Assembly (NCBI GenBank): GCA_964404145.1
Contig: CAYOIX010000005.1
Coordinates: 117,196-181,195 of the forward strand
From: an uncultured Treponemataceae bacterium
GTDB lineage: Bacteria; Spirochaetota; Spirochaetia; Treponematales; Rectinemataceae
Direction of reading: 5' to 3'
Length of the DNA stretch: 64,000 nt
Made by a program: the position numbers and the translations under genes. The notes under the pieces are model-generated. The model worked only from the letters and a program-made list of their open reading frames with translations, made no database searches and was not told the DNA's origin. Positions 43,315 through 51,769 of the stretch are shown here, one piece after another (within the stretch, counting starts at the first letter, position 1; the number at the start of each line of letters is the position of its first letter).

Positions 43315-45231
43315 TCAATGAGTCTCCTCGAACGAGGTTTCGAGGCTCGGCAGCTCGGCGCGGACGAGCCGTATTCGTATCCTCTCGTCGAGGGCCCTGT
43401 CGGCTCCGAGCCTCAGCCGAGCTTCGAGGCCGAGCTCCGGAATGTAGGCCTGCCAGACGCCGGGGCCCGCGCCGCCGACCACGATAGCCTCGCCGGCCCA
43501 ATCCCGATGCCGGGCGAGATAGGCTATCGTCCAGTGAAGGTCGCTCGCCCTCTCGGCTTGCCGCGTCGCAGCCGATGCCGCCTGGGCCAGGGCGCAGCGC
43601 CGGGAGACCTCGTCGGCGTCCATCGGGGGTCGTCCCGCCAAAAGTGCGCGGAGCTGGATATGGCCGAGGAGATCCTGGTAGCGTCGCAGGGGGCTCGTGA
43701 CTTGCGCGTAGAAGGATAGGCCGAGGCCTCGGTGCGCGCTGGGGCTTGGACCCCACATGCCGGCCCGCATGAGCCTGCGGCGCGCGAATTGGACCGAAAG
43801 CCCAGACTCCCCTTCGGGAGAGAGCTCGCCTAGAGCGGCCGCGCCCATGTCCGAAGGCGCCTCCTGGCCGTAGAACGGGAATGGCAAGCCGCGCTCGAAG
43901 GCCCAGCGAGCCGCGGCCTCCCCGGCGAGGAGCATCATCTCCCGCACGATCCCGCTCGATCGGTCCTTCGGGACGGCATCTATCCGGATCTCCCGGGGCT
44001 CGCCTTCGACGCTTATCCTGACCTCCGGAATGTCTATCTCGATGGCGCCGTTCGATACGCGTCTCGCCCTCCTCCGGGCGGCGAGCGCCGCCAGCGCCGC
44101 CAGTCCGGGGGCCTTCCCCGCGTCCAGGAGAAGGTCGGCATCCCCATAGGAGCAGCGTTTGACGCGGACGATCGAGGCCATAGTCTCCACGCCGGAAATC
44201 GAGCCGTCCTCGGCCAGATCGATGCGGAAGGACAGGGCGGGCGAAGTATCCGACAGGCCGAGGCCGTAGCGCCGCAGGGCTTCGTCGGGCAGCATCGGAA
44301 CGGTGGACTCCGGCAGGTAGAGGGTCGAGCCCCTAGCCAGGGCCTCCCTATCCGAGGGCGAATCGGGCAGGATGGCGGAGGCGGGATCGGCGACATGGAC
44401 CCAGGCGGCGCGGCCGTCCCAGGCGATGGCGTCGTCGGGGTCGTTCGACCAAGAGTTGTCGATGGCCAGGGATTCCATCGCCGTCAGGTCGACCCGCTCG
44501 AGATCGTCGAGTTCCGGTCCGATTTCCGCCTTGGGCGACGTCAGGGGACACAGGGCGCGGAGCGGATGGGGATTTATCGTCTCGTCCCAGACGCCCACTG
44601 CCAGCAGCAAGGCTTGGGCGGCTTCGGGCGTCTCGGAGATGCCCAGATCGACGCAGGCTTTGCTCTTCTCGCTCTTCCCATAGGCGAGGGCCTCGATTTC
44701 GGCGAGGAAGCGTCGGTCGGGCTCCTCGAAGGCCATAGACTGGGCCCGAGCGCCGTCGGCGCCTGGGCCCAGCCCCCTGCTGTGCGCCTTGATCCTTTTC
44801 GCCCTTTCGAGGAAGGCCGCCCGCTCGCCCGCTTCGCTTTCTTTGCGCGCCCGTTTTTGGGCTTCCCGGGCCACCGCGTCGTCGTCGAGCGGCACGGGAT
44901 TGCCTTCCTCGATCTTGAAGAGGAGGCCTTTCGAAGCTTCTCGCCAGCATGCGAGGACCTGGCCGGGTCCCGATTCCCCAAAAACAAGATCGGCCAGCTC
45001 GGTCCAGGACGGGCTCGCGTCAGGGAGAAGCATGCGTCTCGCGGTCTCGAAATCCCCGCCCTCGGCCGATCTTGGCAGGTCCTTGACCGGGCCCTCGTGC
45101 AGGAGGACCAAGTCCTTATCCCGCACCCGGATCGTCGAGCCATCCTCGAGTCGGATTTCGATCCGATCCCTCGGCTCGACTACCACGACGGGACGACTCT
45201 TGTACAGGGCGAGGGATTCGGCGCGAAACAT
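43315..45231 (-). CDS. RNB-domain exoribonuclease (RNase II/R family)
   Basis: AIDNSWSNDPDDAIAW and SPLRRYQDLLGHIQLR motifs. Start ATG 45231 (MFRAESLALYKSRPVVV); the upstream ORF extension is Arg/Pro-rich. Confidence 0.8.
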   Translation of the reverse strand: MFRAESLALYKSRPVVVVEPRDRIEIRLEDGSTIRVRDKDLVLLHEGPVKDLPRSAEGGDFETARRMLLPDASPSWTELADLVFGESGPGQVLACWREASKGLLFKIEEGNPVPLDDDAVAREAQKRARKESEAGERAAFLERAKRIKAHSRGLGPGADGARAQSMAFEEPDRRFLAEIEALAYGKSEKSKACVDLGISETPEAAQALLLAVGVWDETINPHPLRALCPLTSPKAEIGPELDDLERVDLTAMESLAIDNSWSNDPDDAIAWDGRAAWVHVADPASAILPDSPSDREALARGSTLYLPESTVPMLPDEALRRYGLGLSDTSPALSFRIDLAEDGSISGVETMASIVRVKRCSYGDADLLLDAGKAPGLAALAALAARRRARRVSNGAIEIDIPEVRISVEGEPREIRIDAVPKDRSSGIVREMMLLAGEAAARWAFERGLPFPFYGQEAPSDMGAAALGELSPEGESGLSVQFARRRLMRAGMWGPSPSAHRGLGLSFYAQVTSPLRRYQDLLGHIQLRALLAGRPPMDADEVSRRCALAQAASAATRQAERASDLHWTIAYLARHRDWAGEAIVVGGAGPGVWQAYIPELGLEARLRLGADRALDERIRIRLVRAELPSLETSFEETH

Positions 45232-45318
45232 GCGACCAAGTATAGCGGCGGGCACGAGGAAGGGGCAAGCTTCGGCTGCGGCCGGCCTCGACGGGGAGGC
45301 GCGGCGCGAAAGCCCGTG

Positions 45319-45347
45319 TTGCCTCGGGCGGGTAGGGGTGCTATTAT
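45319..45347 (+). promoter_or_regulatory. Candidate promoter TTGCCT-N17-TATTAT (with TGC just upstream of the -10) for the small membrane protein gene
   Basis: Read directly, about 50 nt upstream of ATG 45397. Confidence 0.35.
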
Positions 45348-45396
45348 GCCGGACGGCGACTCGCCTGTCGCCGTCGCGACTCAAGGAGGAATAGAA

Positions 45397-45639
45397 ATGG
45401 TAGCATTGATAGTCGGAGCCATCCTCATCGCTTTCGCGATCTTCGCGATCGTCCCCGGCCCCCTCGGATGGTGGGCCGACGTAATCAATTTCCTTAAAGG
45501 CTCCCTACCAGTCCTCGCGGCTTTCATCGGCCTGGTCGCCGTATTTATCGGCGTCGCGGACATCAAGGACCGCCTGGAAGCGAAGAGGGAGGAGGCCGAA
45601 GAAGCCAAGCAGGCCGCCTTGGACAAGAAGGAGCAATAG
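45397..45639 (+). CDS. Small membrane protein (80 aa, two TM segments, Glu/Lys-rich tail)
   Basis: AAGGAGGA RBS 7 nt upstream. MVALIVGAILIAFAIFAIVPGPLGWW...LAAFIGLVAVFIGV... Confidence 0.55.
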   Translation: MVALIVGAILIAFAIFAIVPGPLGWWADVINFLKGSLPVLAAFIGLVAVFIGVADIKDRLEAKREEAEEAKQAALDKKEQ

Positions 45640-45792
45640 CCGCGGACCAAGAGGAGGACGGGTCGGGAAGCGCCGAGATACCGGTATTGACACAGTTTCC
45701 CGGATATGGGAATATACCGCCCGCGCATTAGCGAGGCAGCGCGTTCCAGCGGGCGTCGCGCGCATCCCAATAGAAGGCAAGGGTACAGATAC

Positions 45793-46230
45793 ATGAAGAC
45801 GATCTACGTCACGCCGGAGTCCGAGTTCGCCAAGCGCTCCTGGTACGTGATCGACGCCGAAGGTAAAAGCCTCGGCCGAGTGGCCGCGAAAGCCGCCTAC
45901 ATGCTCCGCGGCAAGAACAAGCCGACCTACGAGCCCTCCCAGGAGACCGGCGACTACATCGTCATAGTCAATGCGGACAAGGTGAACGTCACAGGCCGCA
46001 AGCGCCAAGACAAGATGTACTATCATCATACCGGATTCCCCGGCGGCCTCAAGGACTACACATTCAGCCAGCTCATCGGGCGCGATCCGATAGCGCCCCT
46101 GGAACTCGCGATCCGCGGTATGCTCCCGAAGGGGCCTCTCGGCCGCAAGCTCTACAAGAACGCCAAAATCTACGCGGGGCCGAGCCATCCGCACGCCGCT
46201 CAGGCGCCTATCGCGATCGACATCGAATAA
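45793..46230 (+). CDS. rplM: 50S ribosomal protein L13
   Basis: MKTIYVTPESEFAKRSWYVIDAEGKSLGRVAAKAAYMLRGKNKPTY... Confidence 0.95.
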   Translation: MKTIYVTPESEFAKRSWYVIDAEGKSLGRVAAKAAYMLRGKNKPTYEPSQETGDYIVIVNADKVNVTGRKRQDKMYYHHTGFPGGLKDYTFSQLIGRDPIAPLELAIRGMLPKGPLGRKLYKNAKIYAGPSHPHAAQAPIAIDIE

Positions 46231-46242
46231 GGGGATCAGAGG

Positions 46243-46635
46243 ATGATCAGGAACCTCGGAATCGGAACCGGCCGTCGAAAGTGCGCCGTGGCCCGCGTCT
46301 TTCTTCGCGAAGGCGAGGGCAAGGTCAGCGTGAACGGCGAGGAGCTCGACAAGTACTTCAAGCTGAGCGAGCTCGTCACCATCGTCCGCCAGCCCCTGCT
46401 CGTCACCGCAGCCGAGAATAAGTACGATATACTTATCACGGTAGCCGGCGGCGGCCCAAATGGTCAGGCCGGAGCCTGTCGCCACGGCCTCGCGCAGGCC
46501 CTGTCGCAGGTCGACCCCGCCAGCCATGCCGCTCTCAGGGCCAACGGCTTCCTCACGCGCGATCCGCGGATGGTCGAGCGCAAGAAGTACGGCCAGCGCG
46601 GAGCGCGCAGGCGCTTCCAGTTCTCCAAGCGCTAA
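46243..46635 (+). CDS. rpsI: 30S ribosomal protein S9
   Basis: ...[19 protein letters not shown]...[25 protein letters not shown]. Confidence 0.95.
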   Translation: MIRNLGIGTGRRKCAVARVFLREGEGKVSVNGEELDKYFKLSELVTIVRQPLLVTAAENKYDILITVAGGGPNGQAGACRHGLAQALSQVDPASHAALRANGFLTRDPRMVERKKYGQRGARRRFQFSKR

Positions 46636-46648
46636 TCTCGGCCCGATC

Positions 46649-47338
46649 ATGAAGCGGTTTCCCTCCCGCGCCGACGATGCGCGGGAGGCCGCCGGGCCTG
46701 GGCGAGGGGCGAGCGAGTCCCCGCCGAGCCTGCGGGTCGAATCCGTGCAAAGAGGAGCCTCCGGCACCGCGATTGTAGCGGTCGGAGGCTCTTCCTTATT
46801 GTTGCGCCCTTCCCAAGCGGAGGCTTTTGGCCTCGCCCCCGCCAGCCTCGCGCCAGGGGTCGAGCTCGATGAAGGCGAGTCGCAGCTCCTCGCCTTGGCC
46901 GCGGAGGCCTACGAAGCGGAAAAAAAAGCCCTCGCCCTCCTCTCCCGAGCCGAGCAATCGAGCTATATGCTCGGGCTCAAGCTCGAGGCGCGGGGCTTCT
47001 CCAAGAAGGCCGTCCGCAGCGCCCTCGACCGGCTTCGTTCCGAAGGCACCCTCTCCGATAGCCGATTCGCCGAGGCATATGCGGCCTCGCGCCTGTCGAG
47101 GCGGCCAGAAGGGCCCGCGAGTATCCTCGCGGCCCTCCGCGAGCGCGGGATAGACGTCGACGAGGCAAAGACCGCCATCGCGGCGGTCCTGGGGCCGGAA
47201 GAGCGGGCTTCCGCGCTCGCGAGAGCGGCCGAGAAGGAGGCGGAGCGTGCGGGGGCGAATAGGGATTCGGTCAGGCGCCGTCTCCGCGCCCTCGGCTTCG
47301 CGTCCGGAGAGATCTCCGAGTACTTCGATCGCGACTGA
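46649..47338 (+). CDS. recX: Regulatory protein RecX
   Basis: ATG 46649. Repeated three-helix RecX pattern (…ALALLSRAEQSSYMLGLKLEARGFSKKAVRSALDRLRSEGTLSDSRFAEAYA…). Confidence 0.75.
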   Translation: MKRFPSRADDAREAAGPGRGASESPPSLRVESVQRGASGTAIVAVGGSSLLLRPSQAEAFGLAPASLAPGVELDEGESQLLALAAEAYEAEKKALALLSRAEQSSYMLGLKLEARGFSKKAVRSALDRLRSEGTLSDSRFAEAYAASRLSRRPEGPASILAALRERGIDVDEAKTAIAAVLGPEERASALARAAEKEAERAGANRDSVRRRLRALGFASGEISEYFDRD

Positions 47339-47393
47339 ATGACCCGAGGGTACTTGTCACCGTTCCGCGCTCGAATCGAGGAGCCAATGGCTC

Positions 47394-47420
47394 TATCTGG
47401 ACAGATAAAACTCGTTTTAT
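47394..47420. promoter_or_regulatory. Two adjacent short palindromes (TATCTG-GA-CAGATA and ATAAAAC-TC-GTTTTAT) just upstream of the -35 of the HTH-EIIA gene
   Basis: Read directly in the AT-rich upstream region. Confidence 0.3.
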
Positions 47421-47428
47421 TTCTATCC

Positions 47429-47457
47429 TTGACATTCCTTCACATTCGTTGCAGAAT
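47429..47457 (+). promoter_or_regulatory. Candidate sigma70-type promoter TTGACA-N17-CAGAAT of the HTH-EIIA gene
   Basis: Perfect -35, 17-nt spacer, and a -10 matching at A2, A4, A5 and T6. Confidence 0.4.
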
Positions 47458-47492
47458 AATGCCGATCATGGGCATTGAGAGGGGTCCTTCGC

Positions 47493-48149
47493 ATGGATGA
47501 CGATATCCTTACGATAGAAGAAGTCGCACGATACCTTCGCGTATCCGAGCGTACGGTCTACGACTGGGCTCAAAAGGGCGAAATCCCGTCAGGCAAGATC
47601 GGAACAGTCTGGCGCTTCAAGAAGAGCGAGATCGAGCGCTGGGTGAACGAGAGACTCAGCTCTAATCGTCCTTCCAATGTCTTCAGCGTCGTCCAGATCC
47701 AGAATATCCTCTCGCCCGACAGGATACTCTTCCTGAATTACTCCAAGAAGCGCGATGCTCTAATCTCCCTCGCCGAGAATCTCGCGGGCGCCCCTCAAAT
47801 AAAGAGCCGCCAGGAGCTCGTGGCCGAGATCCTCCGCCGTGAAGAACTCATGAGCACCGCTATCGGGCGGGGCATCGCCATCCCCCACGTGCGACTCTCG
47901 TCCGTCACCGACCTCGTGGTTTCGGTGGGCGTCAGCCAGGCGGACATCATCGATTTCCAGTCCCTCGACGACGTACCGGTGCGGCTGCTATTCATGATCG
48001 CGGCTGCCTACAACCAGCATGCCTATTACCTGCAAACGCTCTCCTTCTTCAGCTCAAAGCTCAAGAACAACGAACTGCGCGCCTCCCTCCTCGCCGCGAA
48101 GACTCCGCAGGAGGTCTACTCTCTTCTCGTGAGCCAGGACGAGAAGTAG
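47493..48149 (+). CDS. Fusion protein: excisionase/MerR-type helix-turn-helix DNA-binding domain plus PTS EIIA(Ntr)-type domain
   Basis: MDDDILTIEEVARYLRVSERTVYDWAQKGEIPSGKIGTVWRFKKSEIERWV (HTH_17-like), followed by an EIIA fold with GRGIAIPHVRL. ATG 47493 is preceded by GAGAGGGG. An alternative TTG lies at 47475. Confidence 0.8.
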   Translation: MDDDILTIEEVARYLRVSERTVYDWAQKGEIPSGKIGTVWRFKKSEIERWVNERLSSNRPSNVFSVVQIQNILSPDRILFLNYSKKRDALISLAENLAGAPQIKSRQELVAEILRREELMSTAIGRGIAIPHVRLSSVTDLVVSVGVSQADIIDFQSLDDVPVRLLFMIAAAYNQHAYYLQTLSFFSSKLKNNELRASLLAAKTPQEVYSLLVSQDEK

Positions 48150-48167
48150 ACCGCATCCGGAGGCGAC

Positions 48168-49601
48168 TCAGCGCTTTAGCGGCACATTGAGGTAGCCGAC
48201 TACACCCGTGCTCGCATCGTGGATCAGGAGGAGGGCGGAACCGGACTTGGCCGCGTCTGCGATCCTAGCCCTGAATTGCTTCGGATCAGCGACATCCGCG
48301 GTGCCAACCTTGAAGATGACGTCGCCGACGTTCACGTTCGCCTGGTCGGCGGGGCTGCCGGGCACGACCTGGGTAACGATCACGCCTGAAGCGTTCGTAA
48401 GGCCCAGATTGCGGGCCTCGTCGGCCTCCAGGGCCCTCACGATGAGCCCCAGCAGCTTGTAGCCCGGCCGAGCCGCCACGCGCTTGAGGAGGACGAACTG
48501 GTCCTCCACGGTGGCGCTCAGGCGAAGCGCCCGTCCGTTGCGGATGATATCGAGCTCGACCGCGTCGCCGGGCTTCGATGCCGCGATGGCGCGTTTGAGG
48601 GCGATGGCCGAGAGGATGGGCTCGCCGTCGTAGCGGAGGATGACGTCGCCCTGCTTCAAGCCCGACGAGTCGGCCGGACCCTCGGGAATCACCTCGACGA
48701 CCGCGACGCCCGCGGTCCCCAAAGGCAGCTTGAGGCCTTCGATCAGCTCTTGGCTGAGGTCCTGGAATTTAACGCCTAGGTCGCCGCGGACAACCTTGCC
48801 CATCCTGACAAGGCTGTCTGAGATGGTCTTGATGAGGGTCGCCGGTATCGCGAAGCCGAGTCCCTCGGAACCGTTGCTCTGCGAGAGGATTACCGAATTG
48901 ATGCCGATGACTTCGCCATTGAGGTTGAGCAGGGGACCTCCGGAGTTCCCCGGGTTGATAGCCGCGTCGGTCTGGATGTAGTCCTCCAGCCCCGTGGGCT
49001 CCCCGTCGCCGACATTGCCGCGGTGCTTGGCGCTGATGATCCCCATAGTCACTGTCCAGTCGAGGCCTTCCGGCGAGCCGATCGCCACGACCCAATCCCC
49101 GACTCTCATGGAGTCGGAGTCCCCGAAGCGGACGGGGGGGGCCCCTATCGGGCCGTCGACCTTGATGACCGCCAGGTCGGTAGTGGGGTCGGCCCCGATC
49201 AGGCTCGCGGGACGCGTGGAGCCGTCGAAGAATTGCACCGAGATGGTCTCGGCGTTCTCCACGACGTGGTTGTTCGTGAGAATGCGCCCATCCTTGTCGA
49301 GGATTACGCCGCTCCCGAGTCCGCGCACCGGCACGGTCCCCGAACTGTCCTGCGGTGCATGGATGCCGAAAGGGCCGTTTATAGGCAGCTGCTGGAGCAT
49401 GGTTCCCGTGGTATCGATATGGACCACGCTCGGCCTGGCCGCCTCGGCCACGTCCGCGATGCTATTCGCGAAGAGCAATCGAGGTGCCGCCGCCGTCCCG
49501 GAGGCGGTGATCGTGCCGCCCTGCGCATTGATCGCGGTAGAGCTCAACGCCGCTGCAAGCAGGGCCGGCGCCAGAGCTCGAAGGATACGTTTGCTCGGCA
49601 T
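48168..49601 (-). CDS. htrA: Periplasmic serine endoprotease HtrA/DegP family (two PDZ domains)
   Basis: Signal peptide, the Asp and Ser of the trypsin-like triad (…DAAINPGNSGGPLLN…), and two PDZ-like repeats. Confidence 0.9.
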   Translation of the reverse strand: MPSKRILRALAPALLAAALSSTAINAQGGTITASGTAAAPRLLFANSIADVAEAARPSVVHIDTTGTMLQQLPINGPFGIHAPQDSSGTVPVRGLGSGVILDKDGRILTNNHVVENAETISVQFFDGSTRPASLIGADPTTDLAVIKVDGPIGAPPVRFGDSDSMRVGDWVVAIGSPEGLDWTVTMGIISAKHRGNVGDGEPTGLEDYIQTDAAINPGNSGGPLLNLNGEVIGINSVILSQSNGSEGLGFAIPATLIKTISDSLVRMGKVVRGDLGVKFQDLSQELIEGLKLPLGTAGVAVVEVIPEGPADSSGLKQGDVILRYDGEPILSAIALKRAIAASKPGDAVELDIIRNGRALRLSATVEDQFVLLKRVAARPGYKLLGLIVRALEADEARNLGLTNASGVIVTQVVPGSPADQANVNVGDVIFKVGTADVADPKQFRARIADAAKSGSALLLIHDASTGVVGYLNVPLKR

Positions 49602-49687
49602 GGTTACCTTCTTCGGCGACCGTAGATAAAGTCGATCTCCTTACTCTGAATTTCCAGCTTTAATAGGCATGGGGTCAAGGAAATACG

Positions 49688-50839
49688 TCAAAAAGAGATC
49701 TCGAGAGTCGCCCCGAGCTGGCCGGCGACCGTCGCGATGCTGCCGATCAGGCCTTCGAGCCCCGCGTAGCTGCCGGTCCCCTGTCCCCAAATCGCCTTGC
49801 CGTAGACGGCCAGGGTCGCGTTTTGGGCGGCCCATAGCGAAACGAGGATCATCCCCGTGCCGGAATCGTCCGTGAGGTCCCAGATGATCGAAGGAGAGAC
49901 GGTAAGGAACTCCGTCGCGCGCCAGGTTATCTCGCCGTACAGGTTCTGCAGGCCCGGGAACAATGGATCGGCCTCCGCCCCTCCCCCGTTGTAATAGTAC
50001 TCGGCCGCGAAGATGAAATCCCCGGTGGACCAGTCGGCGCCTCCGGCGGCCCTGACACTGCCCGCGGCTCCGGAATCCGGCAATGCGTAGGAGAGGTCGC
50101 CGTAGAAGCCGACTTCGAGATCGGCCTTGAAATCCGCCCCCATGTAGGTCGTCCTCGCCGTTCCGTCCCGAGCGGCCGAAAGCGCGGCGTCGACGCCGAG
50201 CACGAGGCCGGAGAGCCGCGCGGAGTAGAGGCCGTCCGCGGGAACCGTGCCGGGCGAAGCTGCCATGTCGAAGCCGCTCGTAGTCCCGAGGGGGAAAGTA
50301 AGCCTGAGCGCGTCGCTTCCCAGCCTGACGGGCGAGAGGCCCGTCAGGTCGAGCTGCGTGAAGATGTCCGTCGGGCTCCAGAGCGCTCCTCGTTCGTAAT
50401 TGATCACTTGTCGCCCGGCCGTGAGCGAGACCCAGTCGGCATCGAGCTTGACATACAGCGTACGCACTCGAAATGCCATGAGAAGGTCAGGCCCTCCCGC
50501 AGGGCCATCGGGCACGAAGAGCTCGTCCGCGGGGGCCTGCTTCAATTTGATCAGGAGCCACGCGATTTGAGCGGCGTCGCCATCCATGACCGCGGTCTCG
50601 AGAGAGGCGCTCGCTCTGGCGCGCTGCCCTTTGACGTCGAGATTCAGGCCGAGCGTCGTCGAGGATCCATAGCCGAAATCGTCGGACGAGAAGCCGCCCG
50701 AGCCCGAGTAGCTTCCGTAGGCCTGCTCCAGGACCGATCCGCCGAAGGTCGCGCTTGGAGAATCCTGGGCCGCGCCGAGGGGCGAGGCGACGCTAGCGAG
50801 CGCCGCTGCTAGTGTGACGGCGAGGATCGAGACCTTCAT
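49688..50839 (-). CDS. Putative outer-membrane beta-barrel protein
   Basis: ATG 50839. Signal peptide MKVSILAVTLAAALASVASPLGA. Alternating hydrophobic pattern, Gly/Ser/Tyr-rich loops, C-terminal ...LEISF (terminal Phe). Confidence 0.55.
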   Translation of the reverse strand: MKVSILAVTLAAALASVASPLGAAQDSPSATFGGSVLEQAYGSYSGSGGFSSDDFGYGSSTTLGLNLDVKGQRARASASLETAVMDGDAAQIAWLLIKLKQAPADELFVPDGPAGGPDLLMAFRVRTLYVKLDADWVSLTAGRQVINYERGALWSPTDIFTQLDLTGLSPVRLGSDALRLTFPLGTTSGFDMAASPGTVPADGLYSARLSGLVLGVDAALSAARDGTARTTYMGADFKADLEVGFYGDLSYALPDSGAAGSVRAAGGADWSTGDFIFAAEYYYNGGGAEADPLFPGLQNLYGEITWRATEFLTVSPSIIWDLTDDSGTGMILVSLWAAQNATLAVYGKAIWGQGTGSYAGLEGLIGSIATVAGQLGATLEISF

Positions 50840-50849
50840 CGCCAAAGCC

Positions 50850-51614
50850 TCATTTCGTGAGAGACGACATGGTGAACTGCCGCTCGTCGAGGGCGACATC
50901 CATCTCGATCTTGCTCATCGAGAAGACCGTCTTCGTATTGTTGCGAAGCTTCGAGACGTACTCCGTCCGCGTTGGATACCAGCGATCGCCGACGCGCTGG
51001 ACCTCGAGGGCCGCGCTCGTCTTGAGGAGCCTCCCCGATTTCGCGTACATCTCCTCCTTGAGGACGACGAAGCGCTCTGCATCCACCCACATGACGCGCC
51101 GATCGTAGGCCGCCGTCGGCACCTTCGCGTCCAGCTGCACGAGATAGCAGTCGCGGCCGTCCAATGCCTCTTTGCCTTTGAGCGACGGGTCGTACTTGGC
51201 CTTGAAGTCCCTCGACTCGAGGGCGTCCTCATAGGATACGTCCGAGCCCATCATGCCTTCCTTGAGGAGGTGGCCGGAGATCTTGACCGTGTCCTGTTCC
51301 TTGGGGAAGTAGATCCACATGTCTTTGGCGAGCTTCAAGTAGCGGGTCCCGCGGTCCTCGGGATTGGTGAACTCGGCGAAGGCCTTGTCCGAGCCCTTAG
51401 CGACGGCGCTCATGTCCTTGTAGCGGGTCTCGCCCCCGATGGTGATCTCCATGCGGGCCGAGTAGCGGATGTTCCCGAAGGACATGTTCGCGTCGACCTT
51501 CGCGAGTATCTCGTCGACGGAGCCCAGTCCCTGGGCCCCGAGGGCGGTGGCCGCAAGGAACGATAAGCCGATCGCCAGCGCGGCCACCGGCGCCATTCTC
51601 GTAGAATCTTTCAT
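50850..51614 (-). CDS. Outer membrane lipoprotein-sorting protein (LolA_like family), secreted
   Basis: Signal peptide without a lipobox Cys. Family-typical run MEITIGGETRYKDMSAVAKGSDKAFAEFTNPEDRGTRYLKLAKDMWIYFPKEQDTVKISG...MGSDVSYEDA. Confidence 0.7.
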   Translation of the reverse strand: MKDSTRMAPVAALAIGLSFLAATALGAQGLGSVDEILAKVDANMSFGNIRYSARMEITIGGETRYKDMSAVAKGSDKAFAEFTNPEDRGTRYLKLAKDMWIYFPKEQDTVKISGHLLKEGMMGSDVSYEDALESRDFKAKYDPSLKGKEALDGRDCYLVQLDAKVPTAAYDRRVMWVDAERFVVLKEEMYAKSGRLLKTSAALEVQRVGDRWYPTRTEYVSKLRNNTKTVFSMSKIEMDVALDERQFTMSSLTK

Positions 51615-51638
51615 ATCGATTTCCTTTCCCGCCCCTTA

Positions 51639-51765
51639 GCAGGCTGTTGAAATACTCGAAGCATTTCAACAGCCTGCCTTGCAATTGCTCGAAAAGCTAG
51701 CGCTTTTCGAGCAATTGCAGAAATCAAGGTAGTGTTGAAAAAGGCTTCGTAGCCTTTTTCAACAC
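51639..51765. repeat. Three consecutive perfect hairpins or palindromes filling the intergenic spacer
   Basis: A is 51639-51677 (15-bp arms, 9-nt loop). B is 51680-51719 (18-bp arms, 4-nt loop). C is 51732-51765 (15-bp arms, 4-nt loop). All arms are perfectly complementary, read directly. Confidence 0.85.
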
Positions 51766-51769
51766 CCTG

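Noticed and set aside
45505-46767. 420-aa minus-strand ORF covering rplM and rpsI
   Set aside because: It lies opposite two universally conserved ribosomal protein genes and has no motifs.
47459-47500. Short upstream ORF (ATG 47459 or 47468 to TGA 47498-47500) overlapping the HTH-EIIA start
   Set aside because: It is only 10-13 codons with no RBS of its own. It may be incidental. I noted it as a possibility but there is not enough evidence to call it.
51639-51765. CRISPR-like array or repeated REP copies
   Set aside because: The three palindromes have different sequences, there are no spacer-repeat periodicities, and no cas genes are in the window. It is reported as a hairpin cluster instead.
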